This document shows positions 6,893-15,730 of a DNA stretch of 64,000 nucleotides, one piece after another (the stretch's first letter is position 1; each line of letters begins with the position of its first letter). Position numbers and translations under genes: made by a program. The stretch comes from a virus (taxonomy: Duplodnaviria > Caudoviricetes). The stretch spans positions 24,412-88,411 of IMG/VR virus record IMGVR_UViG_3300017778_007091; one strand, given 5' to 3'. The notes beneath the pieces were generated by a model that searched no databases, was not told where the DNA came from, and worked only from the letters and a program-made list of their open reading frames with translations.

Positions 6893-8824
6893 TCAGATGA
6901 TGTTCATGTCTAAACACGTGACTGTGCCGTAGAAGTCGCTGCGGACCATCTTCTTGCCGTAGCGAGTCATCACGCCCTTACGTGGGGTGAAGTCCTCTGG
7001 AGCGAAGATGGTAGGAGTGACGATGAGTGGGACGTAAGGAGCATAGACGTAGCCGGTCTCGAGGTAGCTGCCGCCCTTGTAACCGATAAGGATCTTGTTA
7101 CGGGGGAAGTAGGGGTCCTTGTAGACTGTGAAGCGGTTGCTCAGGCTGCCGATAGGTGCTGCACCGATCGAGAAGGAGGAACCGACCTGGCCCTGACCGT
7201 CGAGGCTGTAGCTAGGCTTGTAGAGGACCGAAGCCTCGAGGACGGTTGCCACATCGGGTGAAACCACGATGAAGTTGGCCGAACCACGAAGAGTCTTGCG
7301 GTGGATCTCGTTGGCGACGTCGATGATGGTCTCTGTGAGAGTCTCGTACCACTCACGGACTGTACCGGTGAAGTTAGGACCAGGTGCAGTGACGAGAGAT
7401 GAGGTGACTGTGCGAAGAATCTCGGCACCAGAGGTCTTGTTGACGAACTTGCCTGGTGAACGTGACCAGTAGTAGTTAGCGCCATTGGCCTGGGTGAGGA
7501 GGTCATTGAGGATCTCACGGTCGATCTCGAGAGCGATCTGCTCAGAGAGGATCTGAGTGAGCTCGACCTCTGCATCCAGTGAGTGGTATGCATTGAGGTC
7601 CTGAGCCAATTCTGGCGACCAACGAGCCCTGAGCTTACGAGTCGAAGCGGTGACCGCAATTGACTCAATCTTGATGTCGATCTCGGGGATGATTGGGCTG
7701 GGTGCTGACTGGAAATCAGACTCGAACGAGGGGATGACGAGAGTGTCACCGGAAGTGCCTGGAGTTGCAAATGAGTCTGCGATTGCGAACGATGCCGTGA
7801 GGAATGTTGCGTCAGATGTGCTTGCAGCTGGGAGGTAGGTTCCGGAGACGACCATGAGGATCGCCGAGGTGTTGAGTGTGATGTCAACAAGCGGATTGAC
7901 TGTGAAGGCTGCACCGTCCCAAGAACCGAGCTGATTGAGGCGGCGGATGTTGAGGATGTTTGAACCACCCTGTACTGTGTCGCCGATAGCCTTGAGGCCT
8001 GTTGAAGCTGCAGCTGTTGCTGAGAAGAGTGAGACGTCCTTGACCTGAGTTGAGTCGAAGACTTCGCCTTGACTTCCAGAGAGGCTGTCTGTACCGATGA
8101 CAAGGAATTGGAACTGGCCGTTACCGCTGAGTGTGGTGTCAGCTTCGATGAGGTTGGTGACCTGTGGGTCGAACTGGAGGAGACGACCGTCGGTTCCTGT
8201 AGCGTGAGCCTTGGCACCGTTGGTGAAAGTTGCACTGCCGGCGAAAGCACCCGAAGCGAGGAGGTCAAGTCCCGATGCGAACTTGTGAACCTTGCTGTAG
8301 GTTGTGCCGACGAGATCGTACTGACCGCCAGTTGCGAGAGATCCGCTCTGGATGCCGCGGCCGGTGGGGTTGTTGTAGATCGACTGGCCTGACTTGTAGG
8401 TGGCTGTACTTGTAGCTGAAGTACCGTTGGTGAGGCTTGCATCGCCACCAATGTCTGTTCCGTAGGTGTAGTCCAGGTAGAAGAGGAGACCGGAGGGGAG
8501 GCTCATGGGCTGGATGGAGACCAGCTCATTTGCGACCAGGCCACCGAAGACACGGCGGACGATTGGGAATGCGATTGAGGTGAAACCACGGAGGTCGCCA
8601 GAAGAAGAAAGGTTGCCACCGCCCTGTGAGAGGCTGTTGCTCTCACGGAGGACCTGTGCTGCCTGGTTCTCGAGGAGGCGTGCCATGTTGTCACGCTTGA
8701 CGCCTTCGAGGCCGCGAAGGAGGCCGGTGCGAGTCCACTTCTCAACGAGGCGGTTGCCTTCCGCGCTGTTATTGCGGTCGGAAATACCCTCTGTGAGAGT
8801 CTTAAGAGAAAATGACTTAGACAT
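6893..8824 (-). CDS. Major capsid protein (T4 gp23-like, HK97 fold)
   Basis: LVEKW..TGLL, ARLLENQ, PIVRRVF..LVANELVSIQPMSLPSGL.FYL, V.A.TRKLRARWS.ELAQDL.AYH.LDAE.EL..ILSE.I.LEIDREI and YAPYVPL...F.P..G..TRY motifs; AAGGAG SD. Confidence 0.96.
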   Translation of the reverse strand: MSKSFSLKTLTEGISDRNNSAEGNRLVEKWTRTGLLRGLEGVKRDNMARLLENQAAQVLRESNSLSQGGGNLSSSGDLRGFTSIAFPIVRRVFGGLVANELVSIQPMSLPSGLLFYLDYTYGTDIGGDASLTNGTSATSTATYKSGQSIYNNPTGRGIQSGSLATGGQYDLVGTTYSKVHKFASGLDLLASGAFAGSATFTNGAKAHATGTDGRLLQFDPQVTNLIEADTTLSGNGQFQFLVIGTDSLSGSQGEVFDSTQVKDVSLFSATAAASTGLKAIGDTVQGGSNILNIRRLNQLGSWDGAAFTVNPLVDITLNTSAILMVVSGTYLPAASTSDATFLTASFAIADSFATPGTSGDTLVIPSFESDFQSAPSPIIPEIDIKIESIAVTASTRKLRARWSPELAQDLNAYHSLDAEVELTQILSEQIALEIDREILNDLLTQANGANYYWSRSPGKFVNKTSGAEILRTVTSSLVTAPGPNFTGTVREWYETLTETIIDVANEIHRKTLRGSANFIVVSPDVATVLEASVLYKPSYSLDGQGQVGSSFSIGAAPIGSLSNRFTVYKDPYFPRNKILIGYKGGSYLETGYVYAPYVPLIVTPTIFAPEDFTPRKGVMTRYGKKMVRSDFYGTVTCLDMNII

Positions 8825-8842
8825 TTGAAATACTCCTTAAAA

Positions 8843-10216
8843 TTACTTAATTCCTGCCAGTGTTGCCCAACGATCAAGCTCGGTAGACTCATTGAGCCTT
8901 GTGCTGCTGCCTGATGTGGTGGGACGTGACGACTGGCCAGGTGAGAGTCTACGTGCTGATTCAGTCAAAGACGCAGAATTACGTCTTGGAAGAGACTCAG
9001 ATAGGCTCTTGTAAATTATCTTTGCCTCTCTAAGCGTCTTTGCGCCGTCAAGAGCTTCAACAACGGCACGTCTTTGATCTGACGTGACCTCTGATGCTTG
9101 TGTAAGCTTATTGACATAAAGCAATTTTGCATTAAAGAGATTTAGATCTGAGAGTTGCTCACGGAGCGTTTCAATGCCGTTCCTGTATTCATTGAGCTGT
9201 TGCTGGAGATCACGATTCTTGCGGACCTCATTGTTATATGCTTCCTTGATATTGGCAAATTTGTTCATGACAATTTTATCCATCTCTTGGAGTTTTCCGC
9301 CACCGAAAGCGTCAGCTGCTGCTTGTGCGGGGTTTTTGGCTTTCTTTGCCTTGGATGACTTTGCTTCACGGAGCTTGAAAAGCTCTGAGCGAAGCATGTT
9401 TTCATCAATTTCGTAAACTGCAGACTCGACTGCTCCTTCTTCAGGCGCAGGCTCAGACTCACCATCCTCGGGAGGTGCCTCTTCGTCTTCCTCAGGCTCC
9501 ATAACTTCGACTTCTTCTTCTTCTTCATCAGAGTCAGAAACTAAAACCGAATATGGGTTTTCTCTGTCAAGAGTTACGTCATTCCCGAAATCGATAACGA
9601 TTTTATCTTCATTAATCGCATCAAGATCAAGCTCGTAGATTTTTTCTTTCATTGACTTGCTCATTGTCTTGTCTCCTGATGCTGATTGTTTCGCATCTTT
9701 TGATTTGCTAGCCCTAGACATCCTTTGCATATCTAGGTCTATCTCGTGCATACTTTCTTCATCATTGCTAGTTTTATCATCTTTAATCATCTCAAGCAAT
9801 GCGATCTGATCTTCTGCACTCAGTTTATTGAAGACTTCTCGAAGGTCTTCGATCTTTGTCCTTGCGTTATTCTTTTTGGTGAAAAGATCGACGAGCGACG
9901 CCAATGCAGACTCGCTAAGCTCAACTTCATCGCTCTGCTCGTCGGCTTCTTCCATCTTTTCTTTCTTTGCCTTGCCCGGTGGGACAAGAACATCTTCGTC
10001 ACTACCATCATCGTCAGATTCGCTAAGAGCGCTCATTATGAAATCATGTGAATCACGCTCAGAAACAAGCGCAGAATCACCAATAAGCTGTGACTCTATA
10101 AACTGCTTAATCTTTGGCGTGACTGCCTCAAGAATTGCGCTCTTCGCGTTTTGTTCGGCAACTTCGCGCAATTGCTTTGCGTCTGCTATTGCCTCCTCAA
10201 ACAGCGATTTAGACAT
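8843..10216 (-). CDS. Prohead core scaffold protein (T4 gp22-like)
   Basis: Immediately upstream of MCP; acidic and coiled-coil; LFEEAIADAK.LRE.AE.NAK and L..LNL.NAKLLY.NKL motifs; many LxE sites. Confidence 0.75.
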   Translation of the reverse strand: MSKSLFEEAIADAKQLREVAEQNAKSAILEAVTPKIKQFIESQLIGDSALVSERDSHDFIMSALSESDDDGSDEDVLVPPGKAKKEKMEEADEQSDEVELSESALASLVDLFTKKNNARTKIEDLREVFNKLSAEDQIALLEMIKDDKTSNDEESMHEIDLDMQRMSRASKSKDAKQSASGDKTMSKSMKEKIYELDLDAINEDKIVIDFGNDVTLDRENPYSVLVSDSDEEEEEVEVMEPEEDEEAPPEDGESEPAPEEGAVESAVYEIDENMLRSELFKLREAKSSKAKKAKNPAQAAADAFGGGKLQEMDKIVMNKFANIKEAYNNEVRKNRDLQQQLNEYRNGIETLREQLSDLNLFNAKLLYVNKLTQASEVTSDQRRAVVEALDGAKTLREAKIIYKSLSESLPRRNSASLTESARRLSPGQSSRPTTSGSSTRLNESTELDRWATLAGIK

Positions 10217-10236
10217 TTGAACTCCTGTACGTCATT

Positions 10237-10243
10237 TAATTAT
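10237..10243 (-). promoter_or_regulatory. Putative late-promoter motif ATAATTA upstream of scaffold/MCP
   Basis: 20 nt before ATG 10216, followed by an AGGAG SD. Confidence 0.5.
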
Positions 10244-10247
10244 ATGT

Positions 10248-10808
10248 TTACTTGTCATCTTTCTGCGACATTTTAATCATGAGGTTTGCTTTAAGTAAAG
10301 ATCTCTTATCGGGATCGATTGAATCAAATATATCATTGATTCTGATTTTGTCTCCAATTGGATCAAAATCTTGTGCTTGAGACCAACCTCGTGTTGTCGC
10401 ATTAAGCATTTTGCCAGGTCCGGTCCTGTAGGCAAAGTTTGTTTTAGTCCCACCTGTCGCAGGACCATCAAAATGCTTATAAAGTGTGCTGAATGGAAAG
10501 GGTGAGATGCCTTGTTTTATTTCAATCTCATGTAAGTAGCTTTCAAATAGATCGAGACGCACCTTTGTAAGTGAGCTTCTATCATTTCGCCACTGTGCTG
10601 GGCCGCGTGCTATAGAACTCATACCTGTTTTCTTCACGATGGCATCAACAAGTTCTGGATCTTCTTCGTCATCATAATGCTTATCAACAACATCGTATGG
10701 ATACGTCGATGGTGCTGGATAAGATTGTCCCGAAGATTTTGTCTTCGTAGTACCATATCCAGCACCAGTATTGGCGTCGCCTAAGCGATTATGAACGACG
10801 CGCATCAT
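10248..10808 (-). CDS. Hypothetical head-module protein
   Basis: 186-aa ORF tiling the head operon. Confidence 0.65.
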   Translation of the reverse strand: MMRVVHNRLGDANTGAGYGTTKTKSSGQSYPAPSTYPYDVVDKHYDDEEDPELVDAIVKKTGMSSIARGPAQWRNDRSSLTKVRLDLFESYLHEIEIKQGISPFPFSTLYKHFDGPATGGTKTNFAYRTGPGKMLNATTRGWSQAQDFDPIGDKIRINDIFDSIDPDKRSLLKANLMIKMSQKDDK

Positions 10809-10814
10809 GGCGGT

Positions 10815-11396
10815 TTAAGTCACTACCTCGTCGCTTGTTGTATATGAATAGTCTCTACCTAAAGATGAGGCTAATGTCTGAGTTGCTATAGAAGTAGATG
10901 AATTATTTGGTGAGATAGTTGTTCCGCCGCCGCGACCGAACTGCTTTGTCGTTGCCGTGAAGGCATCTGGAAGCGATCCGGCAAAAGGCGCTTGGTCTCT
11001 TGCGTCAAGTGATCCGGGCCCGGGTGATGTCAAATTAGGAACGTATGCTGAAGCTGGGTTTCCAAGACCTGGAAATTCTGCCGCTGTTGGCACATTATCA
11101 TAATTTGGCGGGTCATTCTCACCGAAATTCAAATTAACTTCGGAACTGAAGCCGTAGTAGCCTGCAGTTCCCTGTATGTCTCCTGTAGGTGAAACATAGG
11201 TTGTTGATCCTACAGTGAGCTCCGCATTGCCTTGAAGCAATGCGGGCCCATAGACGTTTCGAACAGGATCGGTAGCGTAGTTAGGATCGTAGAGCGGCGA
11301 GCCAGGAAACATGCTTTCCAAATTTACTTTATTGCGATGTCCAAGGCCACCGATGGCGACGCCATCATCATCAGGTCGTGTTGTGATTGATCTCAT
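10815..11396 (-). CDS. Hypothetical head-module (probable virion) protein
   Basis: 193 aa, G/P/S/T-rich; AGGAGG SD and ATAATTA motif at 11412-11418. Confidence 0.7.
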   Translation of the reverse strand: MRSITTRPDDDGVAIGGLGHRNKVNLESMFPGSPLYDPNYATDPVRNVYGPALLQGNAELTVGSTTYVSPTGDIQGTAGYYGFSSEVNLNFGENDPPNYDNVPTAAEFPGLGNPASAYVPNLTSPGPGSLDARDQAPFAGSLPDAFTATTKQFGRGGGTTISPNNSSTSIATQTLASSLGRDYSYTTSDEVVT

Positions 11397-11424
11397 AGAT
11401 CCTCCTACAGCTAATTATCTAGTC

Positions 11425-11760
11425 TCAGAGAGTGTCGATGATCTTCTTGCGAAGAGCGATACGACGCTCCTGGACGAGAGCGAGCTGGCGCTTAAGCTTG
11501 ACTTCAGTCTCCTTGAGTGCCTTGTAACCCTCAACATCTCCTGGGCCGTTGCCGTCACCTTTAACAGGTTTCTCACTTGATGCGTGAGTACGCTTCTTAG
11601 CATGCGAGACATTGCTAGGATCTTCCCAGCCTGACTCGTCCATGTCGAGGTGCATTTCTCTAGCAGCTGCCTTGTTTGCCTTGAGCATCTCGCCTTCAAG
11701 TTTCTTCTTCTCCTCAAGCACCATTCTCTTGAGCATTGTAGGTGTAAGCTTAATTGCCAT
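11425..11760 (-). CDS. Small head protein with propeptide-like N-terminus
   Basis: MAIKLTPTMLKRMVLEE..., C-terminal coiled coil; AGGAG SD; ATATTTA motif at 11787-11793. Confidence 0.7.
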   Translation of the reverse strand: MAIKLTPTMLKRMVLEEKKKLEGEMLKANKAAAREMHLDMDESGWEDPSNVSHAKKRTHASSEKPVKGDGNGPGDVEGYKALKETEVKLKRQLALVQERRIALRKKIIDTL

Positions 11761-11811
11761 AATTAACTCCTGTGGGGTACATTTTATAAATATCTTTAAC
11801 GATCATTTTTT

Positions 11812-12282
11812 TTAAGAAGATGTTTTTTTATCTGCAAAAGCTAACATTGCCCACTTTGATGATGACTCACCAAAAACATCTGTTGGATCACTCTTTTGCA
11901 TTGCTTTAGCAGCAGTGTCTCCTGATGACGCAACCATTAGATCTTGATTTGTTGATCTTGAATGGCCTTCATCAATAATAGGCGTTCCTCTTGTTGCGGT
12001 GTCTGCCAGCATCTCTTGGAGAATTGGGTCACTTGTTATTCCTGTTAAAGACTTTTTATCTACTATAGGCTTTCTAGACGCAGTTGTCGTCTGTTGACTT
12101 CCGCGCGGTAAAAAGCTAATTTTATCGGACACATTGCTACGCTCTTGCGGCAGTTGCATCATAGCTCTTTGTGTCGTTTTAGACTCGTTTACCTGGGCGA
12201 CTGAAGTGTTTAAACCTTCAGCAAGAATTTCTATTAACGCTTCTTTTACTATAGACTTGAGATCTTCTCTTGACAACTTCAT
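11812..12282 (-). CDS. Hypothetical head protein with propeptide-like N-terminus
   Basis: MKLSREDLKSIVKEALIEILAEG...VNES; directly downstream of the protease. Confidence 0.7.
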   Translation of the reverse strand: MKLSREDLKSIVKEALIEILAEGLNTSVAQVNESKTTQRAMMQLPQERSNVSDKISFLPRGSQQTTTASRKPIVDKKSLTGITSDPILQEMLADTATRGTPIIDEGHSRSTNQDLMVASSGDTAAKAMQKSDPTDVFGESSSKWAMLAFADKKTSS

Positions 12283-12285
12283 AGA

Positions 12286-12882
12286 TTACCACCTTAGTAC
12301 ATCATTGAAGATTCTATCAACTCTGTCTGATTTATTAAAAACTCTTTTGAGATCATTAGGATTTATTGATCTTGACTCATTAATAAAAGCTCCAGGTGTT
12401 GATGGTTCTGAAACGATATCAAAACAAATTAGCTGGAAGTCTTCTTGGACAACTAGCGAACTGCCTTGTTGCTTTGTAGAGCCTACACCACGTGAAGAAA
12501 TGCCTAATGTAACGCCTGATTCTACTAAACTCTGCAGGATTTTGCCGCTAGGTGTGTCTAGGAGCTCAACGACGCCAAAGACAGTGTCACCGTCCATCTT
12601 TGCTTCTTTGATTAGATGTGATGCATTCTTAAGCTCAACAACAGATGTGTCTGGATGATCACACTCACCAAGCGCTCTATTCTCTCGGATAAACTTCTGG
12701 TAGTTGATTATCTCTCTTTCCAGAATTGACCTAGGATAGATTCTGCCATTTTGATTTAGCGTATCAGCACGTTGGATTACGCCTTTAAGCAAAATTTTCC
12801 CGCCGTTCATTGAACGTGATTCTTTTACTAGCGTCGGGCTGTATTGAAGAGCTGTCCACTCCTTGAGTAATGTCATTGACAT
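12286..12882 (-). CDS. Prohead protease (T4 gp21-like)
   Basis: GVIQRADTLNQNGRIYP, ALGECDHP, LGISSRGVGS, FDIVSEPSTPGAF motifs. Confidence 0.95.
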   Translation of the reverse strand: MSMTLLKEWTALQYSPTLVKESRSMNGGKILLKGVIQRADTLNQNGRIYPRSILEREIINYQKFIRENRALGECDHPDTSVVELKNASHLIKEAKMDGDTVFGVVELLDTPSGKILQSLVESGVTLGISSRGVGSTKQQGSSLVVQEDFQLICFDIVSEPSTPGAFINESRSINPNDLKRVFNKSDRVDRIFNDVLRW

Positions 12883-12884
12883 TT

Positions 12885-13736
12885 TTATGACTCCTTTATT
12901 TCATTAATCATTTGTGTAAGTGTCATTAGCTTGGAAATCTTGTCATCGTCAACAGATTCAAAATCAAGAGACTTGATCTTAGACTCAACAATAGCAGCTT
13001 TTTCAAGGACGAACTTGTCTTTCTCAGACTTTCTTAAAGCTTCTAGCGATGCTAAAGACTCTTTGACAATCTTTCTAGCTTTTTCTCTAATCATGATGCC
13101 ATCGTCATTCTGCATAGAAAAGACGTAATCACGAATCAGAGTTTTCTGCTCGAGCGTCAACTTGTCATCATATTTCTCGTTGAACTTCTCATTCATGATC
13201 TTGACGACAAGAGTGTCAACATCTTGTTTGTTACCTTCTTCAATCATATCATCATCTTTCTTGTCAGATGTTAGCCACTCAATCAGCCTTGACTCTAAGA
13301 TGACCGTCTCGGTTAAATTAGACCTGTCTCCTTGCGACCACTCATTAATAGTCGATTGGATAGACGCAAAAATCCTATAGTCGGGAACTTTTCTATAATA
13401 GAAATCGACATCTACGAGCTGGTGATTAATGTCTCTGATTAGCGAAGATTTTTCCTTGATGAGTTTATCATGATTAAATCTCTTCACAGCAGATTTAGAC
13501 TCATTAATGATTGCAGCTGCAACAGCGCTGTCTTTGACAGTAGATTTTGCCAATGCATTAAACAATCTAAATTCTTTATAAAGCTCAGTATTTTGATTGT
13601 AATGCTTCGACAGAATGTCAAGTGCTTGTTGTGCTCTATTCTTTTTATCTTCTATAAGATAGGCAGAAACTGCACGTACAAGTAGTTCATAGATTATTCC
13701 AACATTTCTCTTTTTATTATGATTCATTTTCATCAT
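12885..13736 (-). CDS. Hypothetical head-assembly protein (between portal and protease)
   Basis: 283-aa helical ORF (HNKKRNVGIIYELLVR...) at the position T4 uses for gp67/68 core proteins. Confidence 0.6.
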   Translation of the reverse strand: MMKMNHNKKRNVGIIYELLVRAVSAYLIEDKKNRAQQALDILSKHYNQNTELYKEFRLFNALAKSTVKDSAVAAAIINESKSAVKRFNHDKLIKEKSSLIRDINHQLVDVDFYYRKVPDYRIFASIQSTINEWSQGDRSNLTETVILESRLIEWLTSDKKDDDMIEEGNKQDVDTLVVKIMNEKFNEKYDDKLTLEQKTLIRDYVFSMQNDDGIMIREKARKIVKESLASLEALRKSEKDKFVLEKAAIVESKIKSLDFESVDDDKISKLMTLTQMINEIKES

Positions 13737-15720
13737 CCCCTGATGTATTAACTGACTCAGAGTTTCTAAATTCTGATTTTTTGACTGATCTTATGATTGA
13801 CGCTATCTCTGACATTCTAGTGTTTTGATTTTTACTTTTCTCTGCTAAATATTCGTCTAAATCGTAATCATCACTTTCGTCCATTGGATTTTTAAAAGGA
13901 TTTATAAGGTCGCTCTTTGCGCCAAATGGATGTGAGATAGAATCTGTTTGCTTGTTTGTATGTTTTGTAAGCCTTGAATGATCAACATCTTGATTTAGAG
14001 GGTTCTTGCGGCGATTCCTATTCTTGATATCTCTCTGGACATAATTTGCCCCAGGTGCTGTCTCGCCTAAAAGGCTTTTCTTTAGCGATAAATTCGCGCT
14101 AGGTCTAATTGGTCTACCTGACGTTGCAAAATCATTTAATGAGACTAAGTTATCAAAATCGTCATCGTCGTCAGACTCTTCAAGCGGAGGCGTCGGTGCT
14201 CCGCCTGGAGCTCCAATGTCTGTTGGTGGGCCTCCCATTCCTTCGCCTTCGGCACCCGTGGAAGCGCCGCCCGGAGGCTCTATTCCGATATCCTGTTCTC
14301 CTGGTGCAGGATCAGGTAGCTTGACTGCTTCAATCTTGAGAGCCATTTCCTTGTCTTTGATTAAGCCTTTTTCAATAGCTCTGATTTCTTCGTCAGTCAT
14401 CATGAAGACGTTCTTTCTGATCCATCTTTTATCAACAAGGCTTTCAACACCTGCTGCAGACTGTGCAATAGTAAATTTTGTCGTATATAGTTCAAGCTTC
14501 TGCTGTTGCGCTATTGTCGATGGATTGGTCAGTTTAAGTTCAAAATCAAGAAGATCAGAACCATCAAAACCGTGCGCGTGAAGATGAATAATTGCGATCT
14601 TGTTCAACTCAGAAAGTATCGTACGCTGAATCCTGTTGATTGAACGTGAGAACCTAATGTCTTCTTGTGATAGTGTGGCCTTTGCTCCGAGGCCCTCATC
14701 GTAACCCAAGTATGCCTTCGGGATCTTTAATGCAGCAAATAACTTTTTCTGGATGTATTGAACATCTTCAATCGCTGCGGCGTTTGCACCACCTGCAAGT
14801 GGCTCGATCTTTGTTCCAGATGCAGCGCCTCGAACTGGGAGAAAGTAGTCTTCATCAACCGACAGCGGATTATACCGAAGGTCAACTCTGCCTGTAGTTT
14901 TATCGACAACTTGATTCTTCTTAAGCTGCGTCTGAGCTTGCTCAACATAGTTAGGAATCTCTTCAGGTGGAATATTTCCAACGTCAATATAGAAGACGCG
15001 GCGATCTGGTGCTCGAACAATTCGATATACAAGCATTGCATCTTCTACAAGAATTAGCTGGCGCCAAATTCTTCTAGCAGCTTCAAGTACTGAAGTTCCG
15101 TAAGGCAAGAATGCGTCATTACCAAGAATTCTAAAATGGCTTACTTGCCAATTCTCAAGAATCTGGTTGCCTTGTGTCATCCACCTAAATCTGACTGCAA
15201 GTGGGTCATCTTTGTCGAATCCTTCTTCACGCTCGATCTCATTAACTGCAATCGGGTAAACATTGATGACGCCTTGGTCGGGAGAAACGTCATTAAACAG
15301 GAAGAAGTCGCCGTATTTACACATATTCCTGACCCAAGATGTCAGGTTGAAATTAACGTTAAGCGTATCGTAAAATAACTCATTTAGAAGCCTGTTGACG
15401 TTAGGATTTTCTGAGTAAATGTGTAGCACGTTACCCAACTCATCGGGAGCAACAGATTCTTCGGCATAAATGTCAAGAGCGCTACAGATTTCTGGTGTGT
15501 ACTCCATCTCTTGGAAGTCAGAGTATCTTGCCATTCTATCGTAGGAACCGTAAGCAGACATTGCTGAGCTGTACACGTGCGACTGTGTCTTTCTAAAGAG
15601 CTCAAATGCTGTCGTATTTTTTGCGCTAGGCTTAAAATCTTTGACTCTGCGCTTGACAACGGGACCGCTCCTAAACAGCGATGTCAATCTTGAAAATATA
15701 TTCTCTTCTTTCTTCGCCAT
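13717..15720 (-). CDS. Portal protein (T4 gp20-like) with long C-terminal extension
   Basis: YSDFQEM..PEI.SALDIYAEE, L.LVEDAMLVYRIVRAPDRRVFYIDVGN.P, EDYFLP.RG..SGT.IEPL.G, DVQY..KKLF.ALKIPK.YL, DIRFSR.I.RIQ. Confidence 0.95.
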   Translation of the reverse strand: MAKKEENIFSRLTSLFRSGPVVKRRVKDFKPSAKNTTAFELFRKTQSHVYSSAMSAYGSYDRMARYSDFQEMEYTPEICSALDIYAEESVAPDELGNVLHIYSENPNVNRLLNELFYDTLNVNFNLTSWVRNMCKYGDFFLFNDVSPDQGVINVYPIAVNEIEREEGFDKDDPLAVRFRWMTQGNQILENWQVSHFRILGNDAFLPYGTSVLEAARRIWRQLILVEDAMLVYRIVRAPDRRVFYIDVGNIPPEEIPNYVEQAQTQLKKNQVVDKTTGRVDLRYNPLSVDEDYFLPVRGAASGTKIEPLAGGANAAAIEDVQYIQKKLFAALKIPKAYLGYDEGLGAKATLSQEDIRFSRSINRIQRTILSELNKIAIIHLHAHGFDGSDLLDFELKLTNPSTIAQQQKLELYTTKFTIAQSAAGVESLVDKRWIRKNVFMMTDEEIRAIEKGLIKDKEMALKIEAVKLPDPAPGEQDIGIEPPGGASTGAEGEGMGGPPTDIGAPGGAPTPPLEESDDDDDFDNLVSLNDFATSGRPIRPSANLSLKKSLLGETAPGANYVQRDIKNRNRRKNPLNQDVDHSRLTKHTNKQTDSISHPFGAKSDLINPFKNPMDESDDYDLDEYLAEKSKNQNTRMSEIASIIRSVKKSEFRNSESVNTSGDDENES

Positions 15721-15730
15721 AATTTAGTTC

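Noticed and set aside
7141-8451. 436-aa alternate-frame ORF inside the MCP (also 8503..8892)
   Set aside because: S/R/P-rich shadow produced by the MCP's strongly C/G-biased codons; no SD or recognisable motif.
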